Shown here: piece after piece, positions 9,358 through 17,531 of the stretch
Layout of the letters: every line of letters begins with the position of its first letter
Position numbering within the stretch: position 1 is the first letter of the stretch
Assembly: GCF_000025505.1 (NCBI RefSeq)
Contig: NC_013849.1
Location: 1,380,001 to 1,412,000, forward strand
DNA: 32,000 nucleotides
Source of the DNA: Ferroglobus placidus DSM 10642
GTDB taxonomy: Archaea > Halobacteriota > Archaeoglobi > Archaeoglobales > Archaeoglobaceae
Direction: 5' to 3'
Program-made: the position numbers and the translations under genes
Notes under the pieces: generated by a model
Told to the model about the DNA's origin: nothing
Seen by the model: the letters and a program-made list of their open reading frames with translations, nothing else
Database searches by the model: none

Positions 9358-10425
9358 GTGAGGCTTGGCAGAAGAGGCTTCGTAAAGGCTCTAACAACGC
9401 TTGGAGCCGCAGCTTTCCTCTCAAAATACAAGAGCTTTATCGTCGAAGCTTTTGAGGAAGCTAAGAGTAACGATGTAAAGCTCGTTTGGCTGCAAGGACA
9501 GAGCGATTCGGCTTGCACAGTCTCGTTACTCCAAGCAGCAGATCCGGATTTGTACGACGCTGTTGAAGAGTTAAAAGTTGGAATTTACTTCCACCCGACG
9601 GTAATGCCGGACTTCGGGGATAAAGCAATAAAGGTTCTTGAGGAGATCGAGCCAGACGTTCTCGTTTTGGAAGGCTCGATACCCACTGGAGACATGGAGT
9701 ACGCGTGCACTTTTGGCGAAAGAAACGGAAAGCCGGTTACTCTCGTCGAGTGGTTGAACGAGTTAATTCCGAAAACGAAAGTTGCCGTGGTGGGATTTGG
9801 TAGCTGCGCAACCTACGGAGGAATTCCTTCAGCTAAGGATTTCGAAGGAAAGAGTCCGACGAATGCAGTCGGACTGTATCAGTTTTTGAAGGATAAAAAG
9901 CCAGCTGTACCGGTAGTTCTTCTTCCCGGATGCCCGGGACATCCCGACTGGCTTCTCGTAACTCTGGCTGCCGTTTTGCTCGGAGTTAAGGTGGATTTAG
10001 ATGACTACTGGAGACCGAAGTGGTTCTTCTCTCAGCTAATCCACGACAACTGTGCGAGAAGAGGCTTTTACGACGAAGGCTGGTTTGCTAAGAGCTTCGA
10101 AGAGAGCGATTTGAAATACGAAACTTGCCTATTTAAGCTCGGATGCAGAGGCCCTATGACTTACGCAGCTTGCAGCGAAACCAAGTGGAACGGGGGAGTA
10201 AACGTTTGCATGAACGCCGGTGCTCCTTGCATAGGCTGCATGCACCCGGGATTTCCGGATGAAACTTCTCCCTTCTTCAAAGAGCAGAGCAGACTCGAAA
10301 TAGATCTGACGAAGACAGTCTTCTCAACGCTGACCGGAGCGGTTTTGGTTGGAGCTGGAGCGTACATTGTAACGCACGCTATTAAAGAAGGAAAGGAGGA
10401 TAAAAAAGGAGGAGAAGAAAAATGA
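9358..10425 (+). CDS. [NiFe] hydrogenase small subunit, Tat-exported, with C-terminal membrane anchor
   Basis: 355 aa with GTG start. Twin-arginine signal (LGRRGFVKALTTLGAAAFL). Fe-S ligand motifs GSCATYGG, PGCPGHPDW, HDNC, CLFKLGCRGP, PCIGC. C-terminal hydrophobic helix (TVFSTLTGAVLVGAGAYIV). Confidence 0.9.
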   Translation: MRLGRRGFVKALTTLGAAAFLSKYKSFIVEAFEEAKSNDVKLVWLQGQSDSACTVSLLQAADPDLYDAVEELKVGIYFHPTVMPDFGDKAIKVLEEIEPDVLVLEGSIPTGDMEYACTFGERNGKPVTLVEWLNELIPKTKVAVVGFGSCATYGGIPSAKDFEGKSPTNAVGLYQFLKDKKPAVPVVLLPGCPGHPDWLLVTLAAVLLGVKVDLDDYWRPKWFFSQLIHDNCARRGFYDEGWFAKSFEESDLKYETCLFKLGCRGPMTYAACSETKWNGGVNVCMNAGAPCIGCMHPGFPDETSPFFKEQSRLEIDLTKTVFSTLTGAVLVGAGAYIVTHAIKEGKEDKKGGEEK

Positions 10426-11078
10426 GGTATCTTATAAGGTTCGACGTTCACCAGAGGTTGCAACACCTATTGCTGCTAACGAGCTTCGTAATTTTGGCTG
10501 TAACGGGAATACCTCTCCTTTACCGCTACACGGAATGGGGTATGGCTTGGATTAACGCTATGGGAGGAGTAGAGGAGGTTAGAGGTTGGCACAGACTGGC
10601 GAGCTTCATTATGATTGCAGCTGGAATTTACCACGTAATCTGGGCGTTGATAAAGAAACCGAAAGGAATGATTCCGACGAAGAAAGATGTGAGCGACTTC
10701 ATAGCTGACTTGAAGTTCGTTTTCGGAAAAAGCAGAGAGCTTCCAAAGTACGGAAAATTCACCTATGTTCAGAAATTCGAGTACTGGGGTGCGTTCTGGG
10801 GAATGGTGGTTATGATATCCACTGGATTGATCCTAAGCTATCCGGACTACTTCTCACCCTCTGGAGAGCTGTATGCGGCTGTTAGGGTTGCTCACTGGGA
10901 GGAGGCTTTTCTTGCTATAGTGTTCATTGCCACGTGGCACATGTACTTCAGCCACCTCAGAAGGAGATTCTTCCCGTTCAACAAGGTTATTTTCACCGGA
11001 AAAATGGAGCTTGAAAAGGCTGAGAAGGAACATCCCCTCTGGGTTGAGGAGGTGGTTAAGCGTGGAAGTGGTAATTGA
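10422..11078 (+). CDS. dihaem b-type cytochrome membrane subunit (FdnI/HyaC-like)
   Basis: 218 aa with 4-5 TM helices. His15, His57, His158 and His173 are spaced like the four haem ligands of FdnI-type cytochrome b. ATGA overlap with the small-subunit stop. Confidence 0.7.
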   Translation: MRYLIRFDVHQRLQHLLLLTSFVILAVTGIPLLYRYTEWGMAWINAMGGVEEVRGWHRLASFIMIAAGIYHVIWALIKKPKGMIPTKKDVSDFIADLKFVFGKSRELPKYGKFTYVQKFEYWGAFWGMVVMISTGLILSYPDYFSPSGELYAAVRVAHWEEAFLAIVFIATWHMYFSHLRRRFFPFNKVIFTGKMELEKAEKEHPLWVEEVVKRGSGN

Positions 11079-12627
11079 TCCCGTTACCAGAATCGAAGGT
11101 CATCACGGGGTTAGGCTGAAGGTAGAGGATGGTGTGGTTAAAGATGCTCATTCTCTTGCGACGATGTTCAGGGGATTTGAAAGGATAGTTATAGGAAGAG
11201 ATCCCAAAGATGCGCCGATATTGCTTCAGAGAATATGTGGTGTCTGCCACAACGATCACAGGCTCGCGAGTCTCTTTGCCATTGAAAACGCTGCTAAGCT
11301 TACCAACGAGTGGGGTGCAGGATTGCCAGAACCTGCGGTTTTGCTGAGAAATGCAATAGCAGCACTGCAGTTCGTCTTCGACCATCCAGTGTGGGCTTAC
11401 GCTTTAACAGGTCCCGACTACTGCGACGCGATACACAAAACAGGGCTTGTCAGGTTCGACCCCATAGTTGGGAGGGGAGTTAAGGAAGCTGTTTTAGCCC
11501 AGAAAAGGCTTCACCAGGCGATGACATATATAGGAGGAAAGGTACCCCACATAATGACCCCGATTCCCGGAGGAGTTAGCCTAGAAATTGACGCAAACAT
11601 CATTTCCAAGCTTATAAGCATAGTTCTCGATGTTAAGAAATGGGCCCTTGGAGTTGGACTCGGAAAAACTGCGCTGGAACACGCAAGAGATGTTGCTGGT
11701 TATGTGATTGACGACGTGAGCAAAAAGCTTGAGAAGGGTGTTGTTGAACCTCCCAACGACCCGGAAGTCGGAAAAGGGCTCTACGACCTCGTCTCTCTGA
11801 TCCTTGTCATGGCAAATCTGGGGCTTAAGGATATGGGAGAAAGAACTCCAACCATGCTGGCTTACGGATTTCTGGCTGATCCAAACGGAGAGCTCTTCTT
11901 CCCCTCTGGCTTTTTCAACGGAAAGGAGCTTGAGAAGTTCGATTACAGGAACATAGGAGAGGACGTGAAGTACTCCTATTATGATGACGAAGCTGGAGGA
12001 AGCTATGTTGGAGAGGAGGATACAAGAAAGCTAATTCCCAAGTACGGCAAGGCTGGAGCCTACACGTGGGCCAAAGCTCCGAGATACAAAGGAATGCCTG
12101 CTGAGGTCGGACCTCTCGCAAGAATGGTGGCAAAAGGATACAGGGACGGATGGGAGGTTGGAGACCCTCTCGATTTGAGGAAGAATCTCGCTGGAGGAAG
12201 AACAGCTTCAAATGCGCTGGCGAGAAACATAGCGAGGATTCAGGAAGAGCTTGTGCTTATCGATTACCTCGAAAACCTTTTGCTCGAGCTGAAAGACTAC
12301 GCTGGAAAGAAAGCTTACGTCAAATACGAGATAAACGACGGAGATGGAGTTGGTTTGAGAGAGGCTCCGAGAGGTGCACTGGGACACTGGGTGAAGATTA
12401 GGGGAGGAAAAATAGAGAACTATCAGGTTATAGCTCCAACTACATGGAACGTCTCTCCGAGAGATTCGAAGGATCAGATGGGTCCGCTCGAAGAAGCGTT
12501 AATAGGAACACCCATAAGCGAAAGCGATCAGTGGAACGTGATAAGAGTTATCCACAGCTTCGACCTCTGTTTAGCTTGCACCGTGCACGTTTACAGCGAG
12601 AAAAGCAGCTGGACGATTAAAATTTAA
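11062..12627 (+). CDS. [NiFe] hydrogenase large subunit
   Basis: N-terminal VIDPVTRIEGH and RICGVCHNDH (RxCGxCxxxH) motifs. C-terminal DLCLACTVH (DPCxxCxxH-type) followed by a 12-aa tail typical of the protease-cleaved extension. Start placed at GTG 11062, 7 nt after GGAGGTG (11048-11054). The tracked 566-aa ORF start (10927) lies inside the cytochrome b gene. Confidence 0.9.
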   Translation: MEVVIDPVTRIEGHHGVRLKVEDGVVKDAHSLATMFRGFERIVIGRDPKDAPILLQRICGVCHNDHRLASLFAIENAAKLTNEWGAGLPEPAVLLRNAIAALQFVFDHPVWAYALTGPDYCDAIHKTGLVRFDPIVGRGVKEAVLAQKRLHQAMTYIGGKVPHIMTPIPGGVSLEIDANIISKLISIVLDVKKWALGVGLGKTALEHARDVAGYVIDDVSKKLEKGVVEPPNDPEVGKGLYDLVSLILVMANLGLKDMGERTPTMLAYGFLADPNGELFFPSGFFNGKELEKFDYRNIGEDVKYSYYDDEAGGSYVGEEDTRKLIPKYGKAGAYTWAKAPRYKGMPAEVGPLARMVAKGYRDGWEVGDPLDLRKNLAGGRTASNALARNIARIQEELVLIDYLENLLLELKDYAGKKAYVKYEINDGDGVGLREAPRGALGHWVKIRGGKIENYQVIAPTTWNVSPRDSKDQMGPLEEALIGTPISESDQWNVIRVIHSFDLCLACTVHVYSEKSSWTIKI

Positions 12628-12631
12628 TTTT

Positions 12632-13180
12632 TTAAACTTTCCCTCTGCTTTCTCCGTGAATTATTGCTGAAGCAACCAAATGGGCTATTCTCAGAGCTTC
12701 TGGAACGTTACCCTTAGCTGTCGTTTCTTTTATAACTTCTTTGGCGAAGTCGAGATTGCACCCCTTGATTTGAACGAAAAGGTTATCCAGCTCGTAAATC
12801 TCCCCCGCTTTTTCGAAGAGCTTCAACCTCATTTCCGGCATGGGAACGTTTTTTATCGCCTCCCTTATTTTTTCCATGTTCGGCTTCTTTCTCATGATCA
12901 CGACTACCGGAACTCCCGTCTTTTCGAAAATTTCCTCGATGTCGACGACGTTAAATCCGCCGAAGGTTATTCCGCTCAGAAATATGCACTTCAGCTGCTC
13001 TCTGAACTTCGACTTCAATATCATTTTTACGATTTTCTCGGTAGCATCGAAGCCGTCCACCAAAATTCTCTCCACCATGAACCCCTCGACGTAACGGGAT
13101 TCAGTAACGCAGCCTACCAAGTAGCAATCGTCACCTTTGAAGCTGTCGTCAAATCCCACAACCCTGACTCTCTTCTTCAT
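12632..13180 (-). CDS. DUF99 / UPF0215 family protein (endonuclease-V-like fold)
   Basis: 182 aa. VVGFDDSF, VDGFDAT, GGFNVVD and PEALRIAHLVA motifs match my memory of the archaeal DUF99 family. Confidence 0.7.
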   Translation of the reverse strand: MKKRVRVVGFDDSFKGDDCYLVGCVTESRYVEGFMVERILVDGFDATEKIVKMILKSKFREQLKCIFLSGITFGGFNVVDIEEIFEKTGVPVVVIMRKKPNMEKIREAIKNVPMPEMRLKLFEKAGEIYELDNLFVQIKGCNLDFAKEVIKETTAKGNVPEALRIAHLVASAIIHGESRGKV

Positions 13181-13217
13181 TAAATCAACTTGCTAAAAGT
13201 CCTATTAAAGTTTAAAG

Positions 13218-14063
13218 TCAGAGGGGATACTCTATCTCGATTACTCCGTCGCAATCTCTCAGAACTCTCACAACAATAACGTCGTCTTTACTGTAGAACT
13301 CCTTGTCCTCCACTTCAAAGCAGTTTTTTGGATTTGTGCGAACTCTCACTTTCACGACTCCTTCGAACTCTTCGTCAACCGGCTGAATAAATATCTCCTG
13401 ACCTTTTTTAAAGGAAGATGATATCGTGTAATTGTTTAGAATTGCAATCAGCGTTACGTACACGCTTTTTCCTTTCGCAAAACATCCAACTCCAGCGTGG
13501 CTAAAATCTTGGAGCATAACCTTTCTGTGCCCTCTGCTTTTCTTCCAGCTTTCGACGCATCTTTCAGCTACGAATTCCTCCTTCACAGTCGATTTCAACC
13601 CGGAGATCCTGTAGATGTTCTCTCCGACAGTCAAAAAGTATATTCCCCTCTCTCTTAGCAAATCGTAAGCGTTTTTTCCGGAGTCGTGTGAGAATTCGTT
13701 CACGAGAAACATGCTTTTTTCTCTCGCTGCCTCAGCAATCTTCTCGCTCCAGTTTAGAGGCTTTAAGTCGTTACTCTCTCTAAATTCGTTGAGTTTGTGG
13801 AAGATTAACTGCTCTATTAACTTCAAATCGAGCTCGCTCGCTTCGAAGAGAAGCTCTTTTTCCGAAAGCTCGACGACGTCGAAAACCTCTTCGAAGCGGT
13901 ACTCGAACTCTCTCCCCTTGTACTCCCCTTTAAATACGAAACCCTTAGATAGCAACTCTTCAGAAACGTCTACGCATCCTTTAACTTGAATAACTCCTTC
14001 TGGCGTTACCAAAAATCCGCTCAAAAGCTTTCCACTCTCCTTTACCCTAAAGCAGATTCTCAC
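13218..14063 (-). CDS. CAP/SCP (PR-1-like, YkwD-like) domain protein with flanking beta-rich domains
   Basis: 281 aa. The central region (HKLNEFRESNDLKPLNWSEKIAEAAREKS ... GENIY ... ESWKKSRGHRKVMLQDFSHAGVG) follows the CAP-domain pattern, including the S-x-G-H-R-x-N/V-hL motif. No N-terminal signal peptide is evident. Confidence 0.6.
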   Translation of the reverse strand: MRICFRVKESGKLLSGFLVTPEGVIQVKGCVDVSEELLSKGFVFKGEYKGREFEYRFEEVFDVVELSEKELLFEASELDLKLIEQLIFHKLNEFRESNDLKPLNWSEKIAEAAREKSMFLVNEFSHDSGKNAYDLLRERGIYFLTVGENIYRISGLKSTVKEEFVAERCVESWKKSRGHRKVMLQDFSHAGVGCFAKGKSVYVTLIAILNNYTISSSFKKGQEIFIQPVDEEFEGVVKVRVRTNPKNCFEVEDKEFYSKDDVIVVRVLRDCDGVIEIEYPL

Positions 14064-14099
14064 AAAAGGTTAATATCGTCGAAGCAATAAAGCTGTTGC

Positions 14100-16061
14100 G
14101 TGTGGTTGATAGTAACGGAGAAGAATCAGACAGCCAAGAGAATAGCTCAAATACTCTTCGGAAGCTTTCAGACTAAAAAGAAGTACGGGGTAAACTACTA
14201 TTTGAACGGCGACGCCTGCGTTGTAGGTTTGAAAGGGCACGTTGTTGAGTACGACTTTCCTCCAGAATACAACGACTGGAAGAGGGTCGAATTAAAATCT
14301 CTTTTAAATGCGAGGATAGTTAGGGTTGTTAAAGAAAAGTCGATAGTAAGATTGCTTGAGGAACTCGCTAAAAAAGCTGACAGAGTAACGATAGCAACAG
14401 ACTACGACAGAGAGGGGGAGCTTATAGGGCTTGAAGCGGTTCAGATAATAAAGAGGGTAAATCCGGACGTTAGAATTGACAGGGTTAAGTTTTCCGCAAT
14501 CACACCGGAGGAAATAAGAAAAGCTTTCTCGTCTCCTGGTAAAATAAATGTAAATCTCGCGAAAGCCGCAGAGACGAGACAGATAATCGATTTGCTCTGG
14601 GGTGCCGTTTTAACGAGGCTAATTTCTCTCTCCTCCGGGAGACTTGGGAGGGATTTCCTTTCGGCGGGAAGGGTTCAATCTCCCACTTTAAGGATAATCG
14701 TCGATAGGGAGAAGGAAATTAGAGAGTTCAAGCCAGAGCCTTACTGGGAAATAACCGCGAAATTCGAGAGGGGAGTGGAAGCGAAGATTCCGAGGAGATT
14801 TAAGGATAAGGAGGAGGCAAAGAGAGTTTACGAAAAAATAGGAGATGGAGTCGTTAAAAGCTTTGAGGAAGTAGAGAGGGTTGAGAAGAAACCAATACCC
14901 TTTAACACCACCGAATTTTTGAAGGAAGCGTCGAAGTTCATGCCTCCGGACAAAGCCATGGCGATAGCGGAAAACCTTTACATTAACGGTTACATTTCTT
15001 ACCCGAGAACCGACAATACCGTTTATCCGCAAAGTCTAAACCTTAAAAAGCTCGTTAAAATGTTTCTCGGTTCCGAGTTCGATAAGGAAGCCAGAATAGC
15101 TCTCGAAGACATGAAGCCGTCGAGAGGTAAGAAGGAAACGAAAGACCATCCCCCCATTCACCCTACCGCTTTGGCTGAGAGAAAAGAGTTGAGTAAGGAC
15201 GAGTGGATTATCTACGAGCTTATAGTAAGGAGGTTTTTGGCAACTTTAGCTCCGGATGCAGTTTGGATGGTGAGGAAGGCTGAGATAATATCCGGGGGGG
15301 AGAAACTCGTAGCCTCTGGGAAAGAGCTAATCAAAAGCGGGTGGAGAGCGATATACATTTACAGCAAAGCCGAAGACGTATTTCTCCCGAAGCTCAGGGT
15401 TGGAGAGAGGTTGAAGCTGTTGTCCAAGAAACTTCACGAGAAGAAGACGAAGCCTCCTTCAAGGTACAGCACGAGTTCTCTTATAAAACTGATGGAAAAG
15501 CTAAACCTCGGAACGAAGTCCACGAGGCATGAGATAATAAGGAAGCTTTACAGCAGGGGTTACGTGAGGGGAAATCCAGTAAAGCCAACCGAAACGGCAT
15601 TTTCCGTTGTGGAAGCTTTGAAAAAGCTCTACGAGCCGATAACTCTGCCGGACATGACTGCAAAGCTTGAAGAAGATATGAACAAGATCGAGGAGGGAAA
15701 AGTCGATCCGAAACTCGTTGTTAAAGAGTCGGTCGAGTTTCTGAGGAGGGTTCTCGAAAGCGCTGATAAAGAAGAGCTGTCTAAAATTTTAAGCGAAGGG
15801 ATAAACAAGGACAAAATCGTGGGAAGCTGTCCGGAATGCGGAGGAAACCTCGTCGTGAAAAAAGCGAAGGGGAGGTTTGTGGCTTGCAGCAACTATCCTG
15901 ATTGCAAGTTCTCGCTGCCTCTCCCGCAGAAAGGCTCTCTGTACGTTACTGCAAAAACTTGCAAGGAGCACGGAATGAAGTTCGTGAGGATCAAGCCTAA
16001 AAAAGGAAAAAGCTGGGAGTTCTGTCCTTATTGCAGCTACCTCTCATGGATCAATCGTTGA
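14100..16061 (+). CDS. topA: DNA topoisomerase, type IA
   Basis: 653 aa with GTG start. TOPRIM N-terminus (WLIVTEKNQTAKRIA ... ATDYDREGE), active-site Tyr motif YISYPRTDN, C-terminal Zn ribbons (CPECGGNLV...CSNYPDC; CKEHG...CPYC). Confidence 0.9.
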   Translation: MWLIVTEKNQTAKRIAQILFGSFQTKKKYGVNYYLNGDACVVGLKGHVVEYDFPPEYNDWKRVELKSLLNARIVRVVKEKSIVRLLEELAKKADRVTIATDYDREGELIGLEAVQIIKRVNPDVRIDRVKFSAITPEEIRKAFSSPGKINVNLAKAAETRQIIDLLWGAVLTRLISLSSGRLGRDFLSAGRVQSPTLRIIVDREKEIREFKPEPYWEITAKFERGVEAKIPRRFKDKEEAKRVYEKIGDGVVKSFEEVERVEKKPIPFNTTEFLKEASKFMPPDKAMAIAENLYINGYISYPRTDNTVYPQSLNLKKLVKMFLGSEFDKEARIALEDMKPSRGKKETKDHPPIHPTALAERKELSKDEWIIYELIVRRFLATLAPDAVWMVRKAEIISGGEKLVASGKELIKSGWRAIYIYSKAEDVFLPKLRVGERLKLLSKKLHEKKTKPPSRYSTSSLIKLMEKLNLGTKSTRHEIIRKLYSRGYVRGNPVKPTETAFSVVEALKKLYEPITLPDMTAKLEEDMNKIEEGKVDPKLVVKESVEFLRRVLESADKEELSKILSEGINKDKIVGSCPECGGNLVVKKAKGRFVACSNYPDCKFSLPLPQKGSLYVTAKTCKEHGMKFVRIKPKKGKSWEFCPYCSYLSWINR

Positions 16062-17208
16062 TGCAGAGGAAGTGTCCGAGTTTTTCCCTCTTCGCTTTCA
16101 AATACCTCAGATTTTCCTCGCTTGGCTCGATTTCTATCGGCTCTCTAACGACTTCAAAACCGTAGCTCTTAAGCTCCTCTATTTTTTCCGGATTGTTCGT
16201 CATCAGCCTGACTTTTTTTACTCCGAGATCGAGTAAAATTTGCGCGGCAATTCCGTAACTTCTCATATCCGGCGGGAATCCGAGTTCGAGGTTCGCTTCG
16301 ACGGTGTCTTTCCCTTCATCCTGAAGTTTGTAAGCCATGAGCTTGTTTATCAACCCTATCCCTCTCCCCTCGTGACCTTTCATGTAGATCAAAACACCTT
16401 TATTTTCCGAATCAATCTTTTTCAAAGCTTTCTCAAGCTGTTCTCCGCAGTCACATCTTAAAGAGTGAAAGACGTCTCCAGTTAGGCATTCTGAGTGTAT
16501 CCTTACAACGCACTCTTCGAGATTTTCTCCTCTTACTAAAGCGACGACCTCTCCTATCGGAGTTTCGTAACCAATCGCTTTAAACTCTCCGTAGAACTTC
16601 GTCGGAAGTCTCGTCTCCACGACTCTCTTAACAGCCTTTTCCTCTCTAAGCCTCTTCGAGATGAGTTCTTCCATCGAAAAAGCTTCGAAGTTGTTCTCTT
16701 CGGCAAACTTCAAAGCGTAGCTCTTGTCGGCAAACTCCCCTTCTTGGTTGAGCAGAAAAGCGTAAACGGATATCGGAGAGTAGCCTTTCATCTTCGCAAC
16801 GTCTATGGCAGCTTCCCCAAACCCCGGTCTTTCGAGGACACCGTTTTCCTTCACCTCTTCGATGAAAATTTTCCCGGGGAACTTCGCATCGTATACGTCG
16901 CCGGAGAGAATTTTTCTTATAGCTCTCAGTCTGCCGGAAGCGGTTAGATCTCCGTTGAAATCGACGGAGATGAGGTTTTTTCCTTCAAATTTAAAGGAAT
17001 TGAGCCCGAGACTTTCTATTATCTTCCAAGGCATCGCTATTCTTATCTCGTCACCGTTTTTCATCAGAACGTTGATCTTCTCTCTATCTATTTCCTCGGC
17101 TGGAAAGCAAATCGCCGCTCTGTCGTCTTTGTAGATGACGTAACCCATATCATTTACTCCCAGGTGAGGTATATAATTTTTGAGATTTTTCTCAAAAATG
17201 TTAATCAA
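16051..17208 (-). CDS. ribA: GTP cyclohydrolase II fused to a degenerate DHBP-synthase-like N-terminal domain (RibBA-like)
   Basis: 385 aa. The C-terminal half carries the RibA Zn motif (RIHSECLTGDVFHSLRCDCGEQL) and HEGRGIGL. The N-terminal ~200 aa aligns to RibB (GVLERPGFGEAAIDVAKMKG...) but lacks its acidic catalytic motif. TTG start 4 nt after GGAGG, overlapping the upstream gene by 8 nt. Confidence 0.85.
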   Translation of the reverse strand: MINIFEKNLKNYIPHLGVNDMGYVIYKDDRAAICFPAEEIDREKINVLMKNGDEIRIAMPWKIIESLGLNSFKFEGKNLISVDFNGDLTASGRLRAIRKILSGDVYDAKFPGKIFIEEVKENGVLERPGFGEAAIDVAKMKGYSPISVYAFLLNQEGEFADKSYALKFAEENNFEAFSMEELISKRLREEKAVKRVVETRLPTKFYGEFKAIGYETPIGEVVALVRGENLEECVVRIHSECLTGDVFHSLRCDCGEQLEKALKKIDSENKGVLIYMKGHEGRGIGLINKLMAYKLQDEGKDTVEANLELGFPPDMRSYGIAAQILLDLGVKKVRLMTNNPEKIEELKSYGFEVVREPIEIEPSEENLRYLKAKREKLGHFLCIND

Positions 17209-17386
17209 TTTTCCTCCTTTTCAATTCTTCTTCTCCTTTAATCATCTCCTCATACTCTCCTTCAGTCATTTCGAGCACGTAGCTTCCCACGTACCCGCAT
17301 CTCTTGCAATAGTACTTCCCGGTGTAACCGCCGGCGTCGTATTCAATTTCCGTGGAGTTACAAACTGGACAGACCAGAATTTTCAT
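17201..17386 (-). CDS. small zinc-ribbon protein (hypothetical)
   Basis: 61 aa with ATG start. CPVC...CKRC 4-Cys ribbon followed by an acidic/basic helical tail. Translationally coupled to ribA by an 8-nt overlap. Confidence 0.5.
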   Translation of the reverse strand: MKILVCPVCNSTEIEYDAGGYTGKYYCKRCGYVGSYVLEMTEGEYEEMIKGEEELKRRKID

Positions 17387-17531
17387 AACCGTAATTTGGT
17401 AGCGAAGCTAATATACTTTGTGACGATGTTATCTCTTGCCAGTTGAATGTTACCAATTAACACCAAAATGATTTCAAATAAATAAAAAGATTTAAATATG
17501 TAACGATTAAATGTTGATGAGGTGATAGAAA

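Noticed and set aside
10927-11061. A 45-codon N-terminal extension of the hydrogenase large-subunit ORF.
   Set aside because: It lies inside the cytochrome b gene in another frame. GTG 11062 has a 7-nt SD and gives the canonical ..VIDPVTRIEGH N-terminus.
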